Positions 1-12,012 of a stretch of 64,000 nt of DNA are shown piece by piece. How positions within the stretch are numbered: the first letter of the stretch is position 1; every line of letters starts with the position of its first letter. The notes below the pieces were generated by a model, which had not been told where the DNA came from, searched no databases, and worked only from the letters and a program-made list of their open reading frames with translations. A program made the translations under genes and the position numbers. Origin of the DNA: Mobula hypostoma (taxonomy: Eukaryota); contig NC_086097.1 in the NCBI RefSeq assembly GCF_963921235.1, forward strand, positions 125,676,001-125,740,000, in the 5' to 3' direction.

Positions 1-140
1 GCTCCAAAGACTTCAGTCCTGAGAGAGGAAGGGTCTTTGATGGGCTGCACCTTGGACAACTGAAAGACTGGCCCAGTACAGAGGACGCTGGTGAGCTACT
101 GTCAGTGGCCTATGCTTCAGCAGGGGTGATTGGCTTAAAA
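1..140 (+). mobile_element. 3' end of an RTE-clade LINE (degenerate)
   Basis: GGCCCAGTACAGAGGACGCTGG...GTGGCCTATGCTTCAGCAGGGGTGATTGGCTTAA resembles the typical RTE C-terminus and 3' tail. Confidence 0.5.
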
Positions 141-275
141 AGTGTAGATCTTTATAGAAGCATACAGTAGTCCTTTATGTAATGCAAGGAATGCAACGGT
201 CAATTTGCATACAACAAGCTTCCACTAACTTTACGGTGATAATAAACAGATAGCCTGATTTTAGTGACGCTGAAA

Positions 276-605
276 TAGGATTTTCTCTCTGGAGCAAAGC
301 ATGATGAGAGATGACTTGATAGAGGAGTACAAGATGATAAGAGACATAGATCAAGTGGACAGCCAGGGACTTTTCCCCAGGGTGGAAACAGCTAATACGA
401 GGGACATAATTTTAAGGTGATGAACGTATAGGAGCCTAGTTATTGGCTATATTTAAAGTGGAGTTTGACAGGTTCTTGATTAGTAAGGGTGTCAGAAGGC
501 AGGAGAACGGGATTGAAACGGATGATAAATCAGCCATGATGGAATGGCAGAGAAGACTCAATGGACCGAATGGCCTAATTATGGCCCTATGTCTTATGGT
601 TTTTG
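276..605 (+). mobile_element. CR1 LINE 3' fragments
   Basis: Decayed RDDLIEEYKMIR and IFKVEFDRFLISKG coding remnants, the GGACCGAATGGCC hairpin and a TCTTATGGT tail. Confidence 0.75.
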
Positions 606-734
606 TGCTCCGGAATGGGATCTGAACTCAGTATCTTCTCCCTCAAGAAGCAGACCTACTAATTAAAGTGCTCCTGAAGCCTGTGGGAAACTAAGAAATG
701 GTTCAAATATATTTTAACGTTCAGTTTTGCAGAT

Positions 735-2050
735 CTGGACACTGCAATTTTTCCTCATACTTAACAGAACTGCTCAAGCTCTGTCAGATTGCATGGGGAT
801 CATGAGCGAGCAATCATTTTCAAGTCCAGCCACAAATTCTCAATTGGATTGAGGTCTGGACTCTGACTTGGGCTCTCCAGGGCATTAACTTTGTTGTTTT
901 TGAGCCATTTCTTTTTAGCTTTGGCTTTATGCTTGGGCTCACTGCCTTGCTGGGAAACAAATCGTCCCCCAAGTCACAATTCTCTTACAGACTGCATCAG
1001 GTTTTCCTCCCCGAATTCCCTGTACTTTGCCTCATTCATTTTACCCTCTACCTTCACAAGCCTTCCAGGGCCTGCTGCACTGAAGCATCCCCACAGCATG
1101 ATACAGCCACCACCATGCTTCATGGTAGGGATGGTGTGTTTTTGATGATATGTGATGTTTGACTTACGCTAAACATATTGTTTAGTCTGATAGCCAAAAA
1201 ATTCAATTTTGGTTTCATCAGACCATAGAACCTTCTTCCAGCTGACTTCAGAGTCTCCCACATGCCTTCAAGCAAACTCTAGCCAAATTCCATGTAAGGT
1301 TTTTTTTCAACAGCGAGTTTCTCTTTGCCACTCTCCCATGGAGCTGTGACTGGTGAAGCACCCGGGTAATAGTTGATGTATGTGCAGTCTCTCCCATCTC
1401 AGCCACTGAAGCTTGTAACTCCTCCAGAGTTGTCACAGGTCTCTTGGTGGCCTCCCTCTTGCACTAGTCCCCTTCTTGCATCGTCACTTAATTTTTGAGG
1501 ACGGCCAGATCTAGGCAGATTTACAGTTGTGCCATATTCTTTCAATTTCTTGATGATTGACTTAATTGTACTCCAAGGGACACTCAGCGACTGGGACATT
1601 TACGTATTCATCTCCCAACTTGTGCTTTTCAATAACCTTTTTGTGAAATTGCTTAGAGCATTCTTTTGTCTTTATGGTGTAGTTTTTAACCAGGATACTG
1701 ACTCACCAGCAGTTGGACGTTCCAGATACAGGTGTATTTTTACTACAGTCAATTGAAACACCTTGACTGTACACAGTGATCTCCATTTAACTAATTATGT
1801 GACTTCTAAAACCAATTGGCTGCACCAGTGATGATTTGGTGTGTCATATTAAAGGGAGCGAGTACTTAATGCAACGATTATTTAGTGTTTTATATTTGTA
1901 ATTAATTTCAATTCAATAGGTATATTTAATGTCAGAGTAATCTATAAAACATACGTCCTAAAATTCTTCTAGATCACTTTGTCGAGATCTGTTTTCACTT
2001 TGATACGAAAGGGTCTTTTTCTGCTGATTAGTGTAAAAAAAGCCAAATAC
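735..2050 (-). mobile_element. Tc1/mariner DNA transposon with a fragmented transposase pseudogene
   Basis: ORFs 1399-1599 (SVPWSTIKSIIKKLKEYGTTVNLPRSGRPQKLS, paired-like HTH plus GRPxK) and 1248-1436 (TTLEELQASVAEMG...TITRVLHQSQLHGRVAKR) are Tc1 transposase N-terminal segments broken by frameshifts. Confidence 0.85.
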
Positions 2051-3552
2051 CCTCCCCCTTCCACTTTTTCATCTGAATAGACTGTGAGAGGTAGACAGAG
2101 GAAGTGTCTGCACAGTGCCAGACAAGCATATTAATTTGCAAATTTTCTACATTTTCAAAAATAGCCCATTAGGATAACACTGTGCATATAATACCACGGT
2201 AATTAAAAGCTAGTGAAGCTTAAAGTTTAAGAGATACGGATAATATAATAGCTTCGAAGACCAGCAGAGTGGACAAGTGACGAAGGAATCTGCAGTCCAG
2301 GCCTCTGCTCCTGCACTCGAAGGCCATCGGCTAAGAGTCCACGGGAGGAGGAGGCACAAGGAGGTGTGAGGGCCCCTCAGTCTGCAAGCCTGGATTTGGA
2401 GTCTGGAGTTTAGGGTCCTGTAATCAGCTAGTTGTGGTATAGGGGGCTCTGGATAGAGGTAGTACCTTTGATGTCGGGCATGCTGCTCCCTACCAGACAG
2501 GGTGGACGGGCATCACTGGTCCTCTTCCATCTCCTAAATCTCTCACGTGTTGGCTCCAAGCACCATACCCCGGTAAACCGCTTCAGCTGGCGGGCTAAAC
2601 CACGTGAGGGGGTGGTGTTAACACGGCACCACAGGGCGAAGACCTCCATGATGAAGTCACTGGCCGGGACGGAAAGGTTCTCCGATGAACTATAACTGCC
2701 ACATCATCAAGGCGAGCCATCTAGTTAGAGGAAATCAGCTGTCAAACCTGGAGAGGGATGGGCTCTGCCAGGTTTCGGATGCTCAAGACACGCCGCATGA
2801 TGAGCACACCAAAAAGCTGGTGCAAAGCTCGTCACGACGGTGCCCCGACGACTCCACCAGGAGTTAAGTGCGCAGGAAGAAGAAGAATCAGCTAGTCCAT
2901 GGGAATACCAAAGATTGGAGACCGAAGGTCGATCAATAGTCCAGAAGTTGAACCTTGATGCTGAAGCCTGGGGGCCTGCCCTGGCGACGGAGGATTGCCT
3001 GTGTATGTGGGTGGGTGGGTGGGTGGAAGGAATGGGGCTCATTTCACTATTGTCGTTTTGTTCCTTGTTCTATTTTGTGTTCTATGTTGCCCTGCCGAAC
3101 ATTGCGGCCATGCGTTGTTGGCCGATACTTGCAGACTTCCCCCAGCACGTCCTTGTTTTGTTGCTCGTTAACGCAAACGACACATTTCACAGTATGTTTT
3201 GATGTACATGTGATAAATAAATCTGAACCTCTGCAAAGAGAAAAAAATCCAAAGGACCAGCTCCAGCCCTCAGAAAAGATCGTTCTACAAGACCAAGTGT
3301 CTATCTCTCCCATTGGTGCAGACAGTGAAAGAAAAAAATCAACTGACTTCAAGAACATAGATCATGATAGCCAGTTATAGTCTCCTTCAACTCCCTCCAC
3401 CCCGAAGCAGCAAGATAGTCTGGTCACTTGTCCCTCCGAGTCTCCGCTCCCCCGCTTCTCTCGTTGTTGTCACTACTCCAATGTCCCCCCCACTGCCCCC
3501 TCTGGGTAGGAAAAGCCTATTGGGATCTTAGAGAACAATTATTTTTCTGAAA

Positions 3553-3815
3553 CTAGAAACAAGAACTAGAGGTCATGGGTTAAGAGTGAAAGGTGAAATG
3601 TTTAAGGGGTACATGAGAGGGAACGTTTTCCACTTAGAGCAGGGGATCGAAAACATTTTTATGTCATGGAACCCCTAACATTAACCGAGGGGTTTGCAGA
3701 CCCCAGGCTGGGAACCACTGACTCAGAAGGTGGTGAGAGTGTGGTGCAAGTGGTGGACGTGGGTTCGATTTCAACACTTAAGAGAAGTTTGGATAAGTAC
3801 ACAGATGGGAGGGGT
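3553..3815 (+). mobile_element. CR1 3' fragment interrupted by a MITE
   Basis: RTRGHGLRVKGEMFKG...FSTxR motif; the sequence resumes after 3720. Confidence 0.7.
3640..3720. mobile_element. 81-bp hAT-like MITE
   Basis: Termini CAGGGG.../...GGGAACCACTG; imperfect 8-bp TSD ACTTAGAG (3632-3639) / ACTCAGAA (3721-3728). Confidence 0.6.
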
Positions 3816-4621
3816 AACAACAATATCTTCACAGGACAGAGCAGAGAGTAAGCATAAAACCCATGGTGATCACTGAGTAATGATGAAGGTCTGGCTATGA
3901 TAACTGCTGAAAACAAACTGGCACCGACAGGGCCCCACTCACAGGATGTGAGGTCACTTCTCAGAACTGTCAGTGGTACACAAGAAACCAGCTCATCACC
4001 TGGGAACCTTTCTAGCACCTTCTGGAATTTTCTATTTGAGGCGCCATGTCAGCACTCAAAAAAATGATGGATTTCAGAGGTTTTCAGATTTGGGATTTTC
4101 CGATAGTGGGTGCTCAACCTGCACAAATACAATGGGTTGCAGCCCCACTTACTGCAGCTAATCCACTTGTTCAGCGGCAGGGTAATTCTCTGGAGCTTTC
4201 TCACAGGAAATCTCAGTAGCCAAGCCTTCTTTCTAGTTATTTGTATGATTATCATGTCTGTAGAATTGCTAAACAAAATGTTAATTGCTTCCACAGGAAC
4301 CCTCTCTGCTCCCCACTGGCAGAAGACCAGAATGTCAGAACCATTAATTGAAACTGCTAACTACAGGTCTTCATTTAAGTCAGGGCTGCTTCTTCATGCA
4401 AAAAGAGTTGGGGAACTTGGAAGTGGGAAAAGATATTTTCAATGGAGATATGTGGGGAGAGTCTTTTATACACAGAGTGGACTGTATTTCTTGTGGACTG
4501 TGCTGCCAAAGGCATTGGCAGAGATAAGTAGAAAAGATGGGAAAAAAAAGGAGATTGCCTTTTAAACTCACGAGACGGCACAGGCCAACAACATTTTGCT
4601 GTTGTTGTTTCTGTAGCAGGC

Positions 4622-4763
4622 AATTTCCTTTTTACGAGGTCGAGTTGCTAGCTCGATGCTCAACCCAGCACGGATGGAAAGCGTGCACGGGAGCCGGCTG
4701 GATTCAAACTCGGAAGCCTTCGCTCCAAAGTCCAGCGATGATGCCACTACACCACCAGCCGGC
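4622..4763 (-). mobile_element. tRNA-derived SINE with an RTE-5'UTR-like 3' part
   Basis: The minus strand reads GCCGGCTGGTGGTGTAGTGG (A box)...GAGTTTGAATCC (B box)...GGGTTGAGCATCGAGCTAGCAACTCGACCTCGTAAAAA. Confidence 0.6.
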
Positions 4764-4809
4764 CTAAACAGAAGAGATTCAGACCATTTATTAGTCACAT
4801 GGAGGCCAC

Positions 4810-4978
4810 ACCACTGTCCAGAAGGAGTTTGGATGTTCTCCTCATCACCACGTGGGTTTCTTCCGGGTGCTCCAGTATGCTCCCACGTCCCAAAGATGTA
4901 TGGTTAGGATTAGTGAGTTGTGGACGCATTATGTTGGTGTCAGAAGCATGGCGACAATTGCCGGCTGCCCCAACACGA
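4810..4978 (+). mobile_element. HE1/V-SINE-like fragment
   Basis: GGAGTTTG..GTTCTCC..CGTGGGTTTC.TCCGGGTGCTCC..CTCCCAC.TCCCAAAGA V-domain; related copies at ~53020-53255 and ~55765-56080. Confidence 0.7.
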
Positions 4979-5013
4979 TCATTTCGCACGCGTCTGCCCG
5001 TATCCCCTCCTCC

Positions 5014-5880
5014 CGCCACCCCAGCAGGGATAGGGTTCCTCTTGTCCTCACCTACCACCCCACCAGGGATAGGGTTCCTCTTGTCCTCACCTACCACCCA
5101 ACCAAGGATAGGGTTCCTCTTGTCCTCACCTACCACCCCACCAGGGACAGGGTTCCTCATCCTCACCTACCACCCCACCAGGGGCAGGGTTCCTCTTGTT
5201 CTCAGCTACCACCCCACTAAGGATAGGGTTCCTCTTGTCCTCCCCTACCACCCCACCAGGGACAAGGTTCCTCATTCTCACCTACCACCCCACCAGGGAC
5301 AGGGTTCCTCTTGTCCTCACCTACCACCCCACCAGGGACAGGGTTCCTCTTGTCCTCACCTACCACCCCACCAAGGACAGGGTTCCTCTTGTCCTCACCT
5401 ACCACTCCACCAGGGACAGGGTTCCTCATCCTCACCTACCACCCCACCAAGGATAAGGTTCCTCTTGTCCTCACCTACCACCCCACCAGGGACAGGGTTC
5501 CTCTTGTCCTCACCTACCACTCCATCAGGGATAGGGTTCCTCTTGTCCTCACCTACCACCCCACCAGGGATAGGGTTCCTCTTGTCCTCCCCTACCACCC
5601 CACCAGGGACAGGGTTCCTCTTGTCCTCACCTACCACTCCATCAGGGATAGGGTTCCTCTTGTCCTCACCTACCACCCCACCAGGGATAGGGTTCCTCTT
5701 GTTCTCACCTACCACCCCACCAGGGATAGGGTTCCTCTTGTCCTCACCTACCACCCCACCAGGGACAGGGTTCCTCTTGTCCTCACCTACCACCCCACCA
5801 GGGACAGGGTTCCTCTTATCCTCACCTACCACCCCACCAGGGACAGGGTTCCTCTTGTCCTCACCTACCACCCCACCAAC
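5014..5880 (+). repeat. 39-bp minisatellite, about 22 units, derived from the Penelope ORF
   Basis: Unit CCAGGGATAGGGTTCCTCTTGTCCTCACCTACCACCCCA encodes RDRVPLVLTYHPT; a few 37-bp variants (CTTGTCC>CATCC). Confidence 0.95.
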
Positions 5881-5891
5881 TGCCGCATCCA

Positions 5892-8466
5892 CAACTATCC
5901 CTGGTGGGAGTTATGTACAGGCCACCTAACAGTAGTAGTGAGGTTGGGGATGGTACTAAACAAGAAATTAGAAATGCGTGCAATAAAGGAACAGCAGTTA
6001 TAATGGGTAACTTCAATCTACATATAGATTGGGTGAACCAAATTGGTAAGGGTGCTGAGGAACAGGATTTCTTGGAATGTATGCGGGATAGTTTTCTGAA
6101 CCAACATGTCAAGGAACCAACTAGAGAGCAGGCCATCCTAGACTGGGTATTCAGCAATGAGGAAGGGTTAGTTAGCAATCTTGTCGTGCAAGGCCCCTTG
6201 GGTAAGAGTGACCATAATATGGTGGAATTCTTCATTAAGATGGAGAATGACACAGCTAATTCAGAAACAAAGGTTCTGAACTTAAAGAAGGGTAACTTTG
6301 AAGGTATGAGACGTGAATTAGCTAAGATAGACTGGCAAATGATACTTAAACGGTTGACAGTGGATATGCAATGGCAAGCGTTTAAAGATCGCGTGGATGA
6401 ACTACAACAATTGTTCATCCCAGTCTGGCAAAAGAATAAACCAGGGAAGGTAGTGCACCCGTGGCTGACAAGGGAAAGTAGGGATAGTATCAATTCCAAA
6501 GAAGAAACATACAAATTAGCCAGAAAAAGTGCCTCACCTGAGGACTGGGAGAAATTCAGAGTCCAGCAGAGCAGGACAAAGGGCTTAGTTAGGAAAGGGA
6601 AAAAAGATTATGAGAGAAAGCTGGCAGGGAACATAAAAGCTGACTGTAAAAGCTTTTATAGATATGTGAAAACAAAAAGATTAGTTCAGACAAATGTAGG
6701 TCCCTTACAGTCAGAAACAGGTGAATTGATCATGGGGAACAAGGACATGGCAGACCAATTGAATAACTACTTTGGTTCTGTCTTCACTAAGGAGGACATA
6801 AATAATCTTCCGGAAATAGTAGGGGACCAAGGGTCTAGTGAGATGGAGGAACTGAGCGAAATACATGTTAGTAGGGAAGTGGTGTTGGGTAAATTGAAGA
6901 GATTAAAGGCAGATAAATCCCCAGGGCCAGATGGTCTGCATCCCAGAGTGCTTAAGGAAGTAGCCCAAGAAATAGTGGATGCATTAGTGATAATTTTTCA
7001 AAACTCTTTAGATTCTGGATTAGTTCCTGAGGATTGGAGGGTGGCTAATGTAACCCCGCTTTTTAAAAAAGGAGGGAGAGAGAAACCGGGGAATTATAGA
7101 CTGGTTAGCCTGATATCGGTGGTGGGGAAAATGCTAGGGTCAGTTATCAAAGATGTGACAACAGCACATTTGGAAAGCGGTGAAATCATCCAACAAGTCA
7201 GCATGGATTTGTGAAAGGAAAATTATGTCTGACGAATCTCATAGAATTTTTAGAGGATGTAACTAGTAGAGTGGATGGGGAGAACCAGTGGATGTGGTAT
7301 ATTTGGATTTTCAAAAGGCTTTTGACAAGGTCCCACACAGGAGATTAGTGTGCAAACTTAAAGCACACGGTATTGGGGGTATCGTATTGATATGGATAGA
7401 GAATTGGCTGGCAGACAGGAAACAAAGAGTGGGAATAAACGGGACCTTTTCAGAATGGCAGGCAGTGACTAGTGGGGTACCGCAAGGCTCAGTGCTGGGA
7501 CCCCAGTTGTTTACAATATATATTAATGATTTAGACAAGGGAATTAAATGCAGCATCTCCAAGTTTACAGATGACACGAAGCTGGGCGGCAGTGTTAGCA
7601 GTGAGGAGGATGCTAAGAGGATGCAGGGTGACTTGGATAGGTTAGGTGAGTGGGCAAATTCAAGGCAGATGCAATTCAATGTGGATAAATATGAGGTTAT
7701 CCACTTTGGTGGCAAGAACAAGAAAACAGATTATTATCTGAATGGTGGCCGATTAGGAAAAGGGGAGATGAAACGAGACCTGGGTGTCATTGTACACCAG
7801 TCATTGAAAGTGGGCATGCAGGTACAGCAGGCGGTGAAAAAGGCGAATGGTATGCTAGCATTCATAGCAAGAGGATTCGAGTACAGGAGCAGGGAGGTAC
7901 TACTGCAGTTGTACAAGGCCTTGGTGAGACCACACCTGGAGTATTGTGTGCAGTTTTGGTCCCCTAATCTGAGGAAAGACATTCTTGCCAGAGAGGGAGT
8001 ACAAAGATGGTTCACCAGATTGATTCCTGGGATGGCAGGACTTTCATATGATGAAAGACTGGATCAACTAGGCTTATACTCGCTGGAATTTAGAAGATTG
8101 AGGGGGGATCTGATTGAAACGTATAAAATTCTAAAGGGATTGGACAGGCTAGGTGCAGGAAGATTGTTCCTGATGTTGGGGAAGTCCAGAACAAGGGGTC
8201 ACAGTTTGAGGATAAAGGGGAAGCCTTTTAGGACCGAGATGAGGAAAAACTTCTTCACACAGAGAGTGGTGAATCTGTGGAATTCTCTGCCACAGGAAAC
8301 AGTTGAGGCCAGTACATTGGCTATATTTAAGAGGGAGTTAGATATGGCCCTTGTGGCTAAAGGGATCAGGGGGTATGGAGAGAAGGCAGATACAGGGTTC
8401 TGAATTGGATGATCAGCCATGAATGGCCTACTCCGGCACCTATTTTCTATATTTCTATGTTTCTAT
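5892..8466 (+). mobile_element. CR1 LINE, 5'-truncated ORF2 (APE C-terminus plus RT), relatively young
   Basis: ORFs 5904-7214 and 7288-8403 with one frameshift near 7190: SDHN, KSPGPDG, LDFQKAFDKVPH, GVPQGSVLGP, KFTDD; (TTTCTATR)n tail; ATCCA duplicated at 5887-5891 / 8465-8469. Confidence 0.95.
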
Positions 8467-9101
8467 CCAGCACATAATTCTCCGTAACTTCCACCATCTT
8501 CAACGGGATCCCAGCAACAAGCACATCCTCCCACCCACTTTCTGCTTTCCAGAGGGATCGCTTCCTACACAACTCCCTTATCCATTCGTCTCCCCCCACT
8601 GATCTCCCTCCTGATACTTAACTCTGTAAGCGGAACAAGTGCTACACCTGCCCCTACGCCTCCTCCCTCGTTACCGTTCAGGACCTCAGACAGTCCTTGC
8701 AGGTGAGGCGACACTGCTGAGGTGATCTACTCCGTCCGGTGCTCCCGGAATGGCCTCCTGTATATCAGTGAGACACGACACAAACTGGGAGACCACTTCA
8801 TCGAGCACGTTTGCTCCGTCCACCAGAAAAAGCGTGATCTCCCAGTAGTCATCCATTTTAATTACACTTCATATCCCGACATGTCAGTCCACGGCCTCCT
8901 CTACTGTCGCGATGAGGCCACACTCAGGTCGGAGGAGCAACACCTTATATTCCGTCTGAGTTGCCTCCAACCTGATGACATGAACATCCATTTCTTGAAC
9001 TTCCAGTAATGCACCCCCTCACCACTCCCCATTCTCATGTCTGTCTCTCACCTTATCTCCTTACCTGCCCATCACCTCCCTCTAGTGCTCCTCCCACTTT
9101 T

Positions 9102-9835
9102 CAAAATGAGAATTCAAAATGCAGAGATGCAAAGAGACTTGGGAGTCCTTGTGCAGGATACCCTAAAGGTTAACCTGCTGGTTGAGTCAGTGGTGAAGAA
9201 GGCGAATGTAATGTTGGCATTCATTTCTAGAGGTATAGAATATAAGAGCAGGGATGTGATGTTGAGGCTCTATGAGGCACTCGTAAGACCACACTTGGAG
9301 TATTGTATGCAGTTTTGGGCTCCTTATTTTAGAAAGGATATACTGGCATTGGAGAGGGTTCAGAGAGGATTCACGCGAATGATTCCAGGAATGAAAGGGT
9401 TACCGTATTAGAAACGTCTGGCAGCTCTTGGGCTGTATTCCCTGGAGTTCAGGAGAATGAGGGGGGAATCTCATAGAAACATTCCAAATGTTTAAAAAGT
9501 CTGAACAGTTTAGATATGACAAAGTTATTTCCCATCGCAGGGGATTCTAGGACAAGAGGGCACGACTTCAGGATTGAAGGACATTCATTTAGAACTGAGA
9601 TGCGGAGAAATTACTTTAGTCAGAGGGTGGTAAATCTGTGGAATTTGTTGCCACGAGCAGCTGTGGAGGCCAAGTCATTGGGTGTATTTAAGGCAGAGAT
9701 AGATAGATTCTTGATTAGCCAGGCTATCAAAGGGTATGGAGTGAAAGCAGGGGAGTGGGAATGACTGGATGAAGTGGATCAGACTCAATGGGCCAAATGG
9801 CCTACTTCTGCTCCTATATCTAATGGTCTTATGGT
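9102..9835 (+). mobile_element. CR1 LINE 3' fragment nested in the Penelope element
   Basis: QRDLGVLVQ...LVRPHLEYCMQFWAP...RTRGH..FSQRVVNLWNLLP; (ATGGTCTT)n tail. Confidence 0.9.
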
Positions 9836-10481
9836 CTTTCTTTCTTCCATGGCCTTCTGTCCTCTCCTATCAGATTTCCCCTTGCAGGCCTGTATCTCTT
9901 TCACCAATCAACTTTCCAGCTCTTTACTTCCCCCCTCCCTTCCACCCACCCAGTTTCACCTAACACCTTGTGTTTCTCTCTCCCCTCCTCCCCCCACCTT
10001 TTAAACCTACTCTTCATCTTTTTCTTCCTCCAGTCCTGCTGAAGGGTCTGAGCCTGAAACATCAACTGTACTTTTTTTTCCCCCACAGACACTGCCTGGC
10101 CTCCTGCGTTCCTCCAGCGTTTTGTGTATTGCTCATACATTCCTCACTGATTTGATTTGACACAAACAACACACCTCACTGTATGTTTCGAAGAATATGT
10201 GACAAATAAAGCTAATTCAATCTATCTTTCCAGTGAATGCATTACGTTTCAATCGGGCGTAGAATTAGGGCCCTGGTGGGCCTGTTGCTGCACCACTGGG
10301 ATTTCTGATCAATTGGATAATGGACTCCCTCAGAGCTCTTTTTTTATAAAATGCAGCGCAACTACAGTCATAAATTGTTCCAAAGAAACAAATTTTAACA
10401 AAGTGCCATGGTTACAACATGTTCACTGGCAGCAAATCCAATTCTGTCATGGAATTGGTGTTTAACAGTTACTCAAAGTTG

Positions 10482-10790
10482 TAAACACAAGAAATACTGC
10501 AAATGCTGGACGTACAGAGCAACATACACAAAATACTGGAAGAACTCAACAGGAGGGTAATAAACAGCCGACTGTGCGGATCGAGACCCTTCATCAGAAC
10601 TGGAAAGGAAGGGTGAAGAAGCCAGTAAAAGGTGAGGGGAGGAGAAGGAGTAGAAGGTGACAGGTGAAGCCAGGTGAGGGGGCGGGCGAGTGGGTTGGGG
10701 AGGAGGGGATGAAGTAAAAAGCCGGGATGTGATGGGTGAAGGAGGTAAACACTTGAAGGAGGACCTGTGGGAGGAGATGATGAAGACACA
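10482..10790 (-). mobile_element. Penelope-like 3' region and pLTR
   Basis: Reverse complement of the pLTR (CAGTTCTGATGAAGGGTCTCG...AGTTCTTCCAG...TCCAGCATTTGCAG). Confidence 0.75.
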
Positions 10791-10919
10791 GGAGGGATTA
10801 GAGCTGGGCTCAGTGGGGGTAAACTCTAGTTCCCAGCTTCCATTAGTAAAGTCGTGTTAGCGCTCAAAATAAAGTTCATATTTTGGATAAGGGGTACTCA
10901 ACCTGTATTCAACAATTAC

Positions 10920-11495
10920 ACTACTGTGCAAATTTATTAAACACATATATATAGCTTGGGTGACTAAGACTTAGGCACCCCATTTATACATGAGTGCCTA
11001 AAAATCTGCACAGTACTGTATTTGTCAACGTGGAGTGGAGAGTAAGTCTGTAAATCGAGCAGGAAAGAAGGATGTTGGGAATGGCGAGGGTGAAGCACTG
11101 CGGGAGGGGTGTGGGACAGACAGCAGAGAAGGAGTGTCGGGGTGGGGAGTGTTGGGGGGGGGGGAATGGTGCAGGTGCAGACACACCCAGCCCTGAGACA
11201 CCAGGCAGGGGCACTTGATTCCAAACAATTGGTTTAATGATCATTACAGAATGTCTCTCAGGTGCTTCCCACTCCCTCCTCTTTCCCCAACAATGATTCC
11301 CCTCACCCTGTCCCCTTCCCACTCTCAGTCCACAATAGAGACCCATATCAGAATCAGGTTTATCATCACTCACTTATCTCATGAATTTTGTTTTTTTTCT
11401 GCAGCAACAGTACAGTGCAATACATAAAATTACTACAGTACTGTGCAAAAGTCTTTGGGACCCCAGATATATACCTCAGATTTTTACACAGTACT
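10920..11495. mobile_element. Composite non-autonomous element with CAGTACTGTGCAAAAGTC-type inverted repeats; related copy at ~31330-31806
   Basis: Shared core GGGAATGGCGAGGGTG...GGTGCAGGTGCAGACACACCCAGCCCTGA...GATTCCAAACAATT in both copies; flanking CAGTACTGTGCA/TGCACAGTAC palindromic ends. Confidence 0.6.
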
Positions 11496-11704
11496 ATATA
11501 AAGATTTAAGAATTATGTAAAAATATAATTCGTGTTACTATTAAAGTTGCATGTTTAATGCATAGCTTTAATAAGTTAAAATATATTGTGAGATCAAATT
11601 AAAAGGTGGTTAAATTATTCATGCAAGTCATTAGCAGTCAATTTGTTATTTCTGTATTAAAATGTGAATTGAAAACAATGCAGCAGGGTTCTCCATGGTA
11701 AATT

Positions 11705-12012
11705 AAGCTAAGTTAGAGTCTGTCCCGAGCCTTACAGGCCCATCAGGCCGGTGCTTATGCCGGTTTCCGTGGCGTGAAGCGTCTGAGAGTACGAGACTCC
11801 CCCACACGCCCCCCCCCCCGCCGAGATAGGATGCCAGTCTATCGCGAGGTTAACCCTCAGCATTTTGTCAGTACCCACTTTCAGCTGGCTGGACTGGAGC
11901 ATTGTGTGGTTAAGTGCCTTGCACAAGGGCACAACACGCTGCCTCATCTGAGGATCAAACTCATGACCTTCAGATCGCTAGTCCAACGCCTTAACCACTC
12001 AGCCACGTGCCA
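11705..12012 (-). mobile_element. tRNA-derived SINE with CORE-like and Meta-like central domains
   Basis: Minus strand: GGCACGTGGCTGAGTGGTTAAGG (A box), GAGTTTGATCC (B box), CCTTGTGCAAGGCACTTAACC, GCTTCACGCCACGGAAACCGGCATAAGCACCGGCCTGATGGGCC. Confidence 0.7.

Larger units (their letters stand above)
4980..10135 (+). mobile_element. 5'-truncated Penelope-like element (GIY-YIG endonuclease plus pLTR), interrupted by two CR1 insertions and an internal minisatellite
   Basis: RVPLVLTYHPT motif (4980-5890) continues after the CR1 as IQHIILRNFHHLQRDP (8465 onward); GIY-YIG ORF 8722-9009 (IYSVRCSRNGLLYISETR...EEQHLIFRL..LQPDDMN); pyrimidine-rich 3' region and pLTR at 9836-10135. Confidence 0.9.

Noticed and set aside
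3879..3910. C box (ATGATGA) and D box (CTGA) suggesting a snoRNA
   Set aside because: The spacing is far too short and there is no terminal stem.
4169..4182. 14-bp inverted match GTTCAGCGGCAGGG to 36147-36160
   Set aside because: Several chance 14-mer matches are expected in 64 kb, and the match does not extend meaningfully.
5014..5880. CRISPR-like appearance of the tandem arrays (also 15677-16031 and 51118-51638)
   Set aside because: There are no unique spacers and no cas genes, and the context is vertebrate.
4799..6003. Long Pro/Thr-rich ORFs (376 aa, 230 aa)
   Set aside because: They are read-through of a 39-bp stop-free tandem repeat that is open in several frames and on both strands, not a gene.
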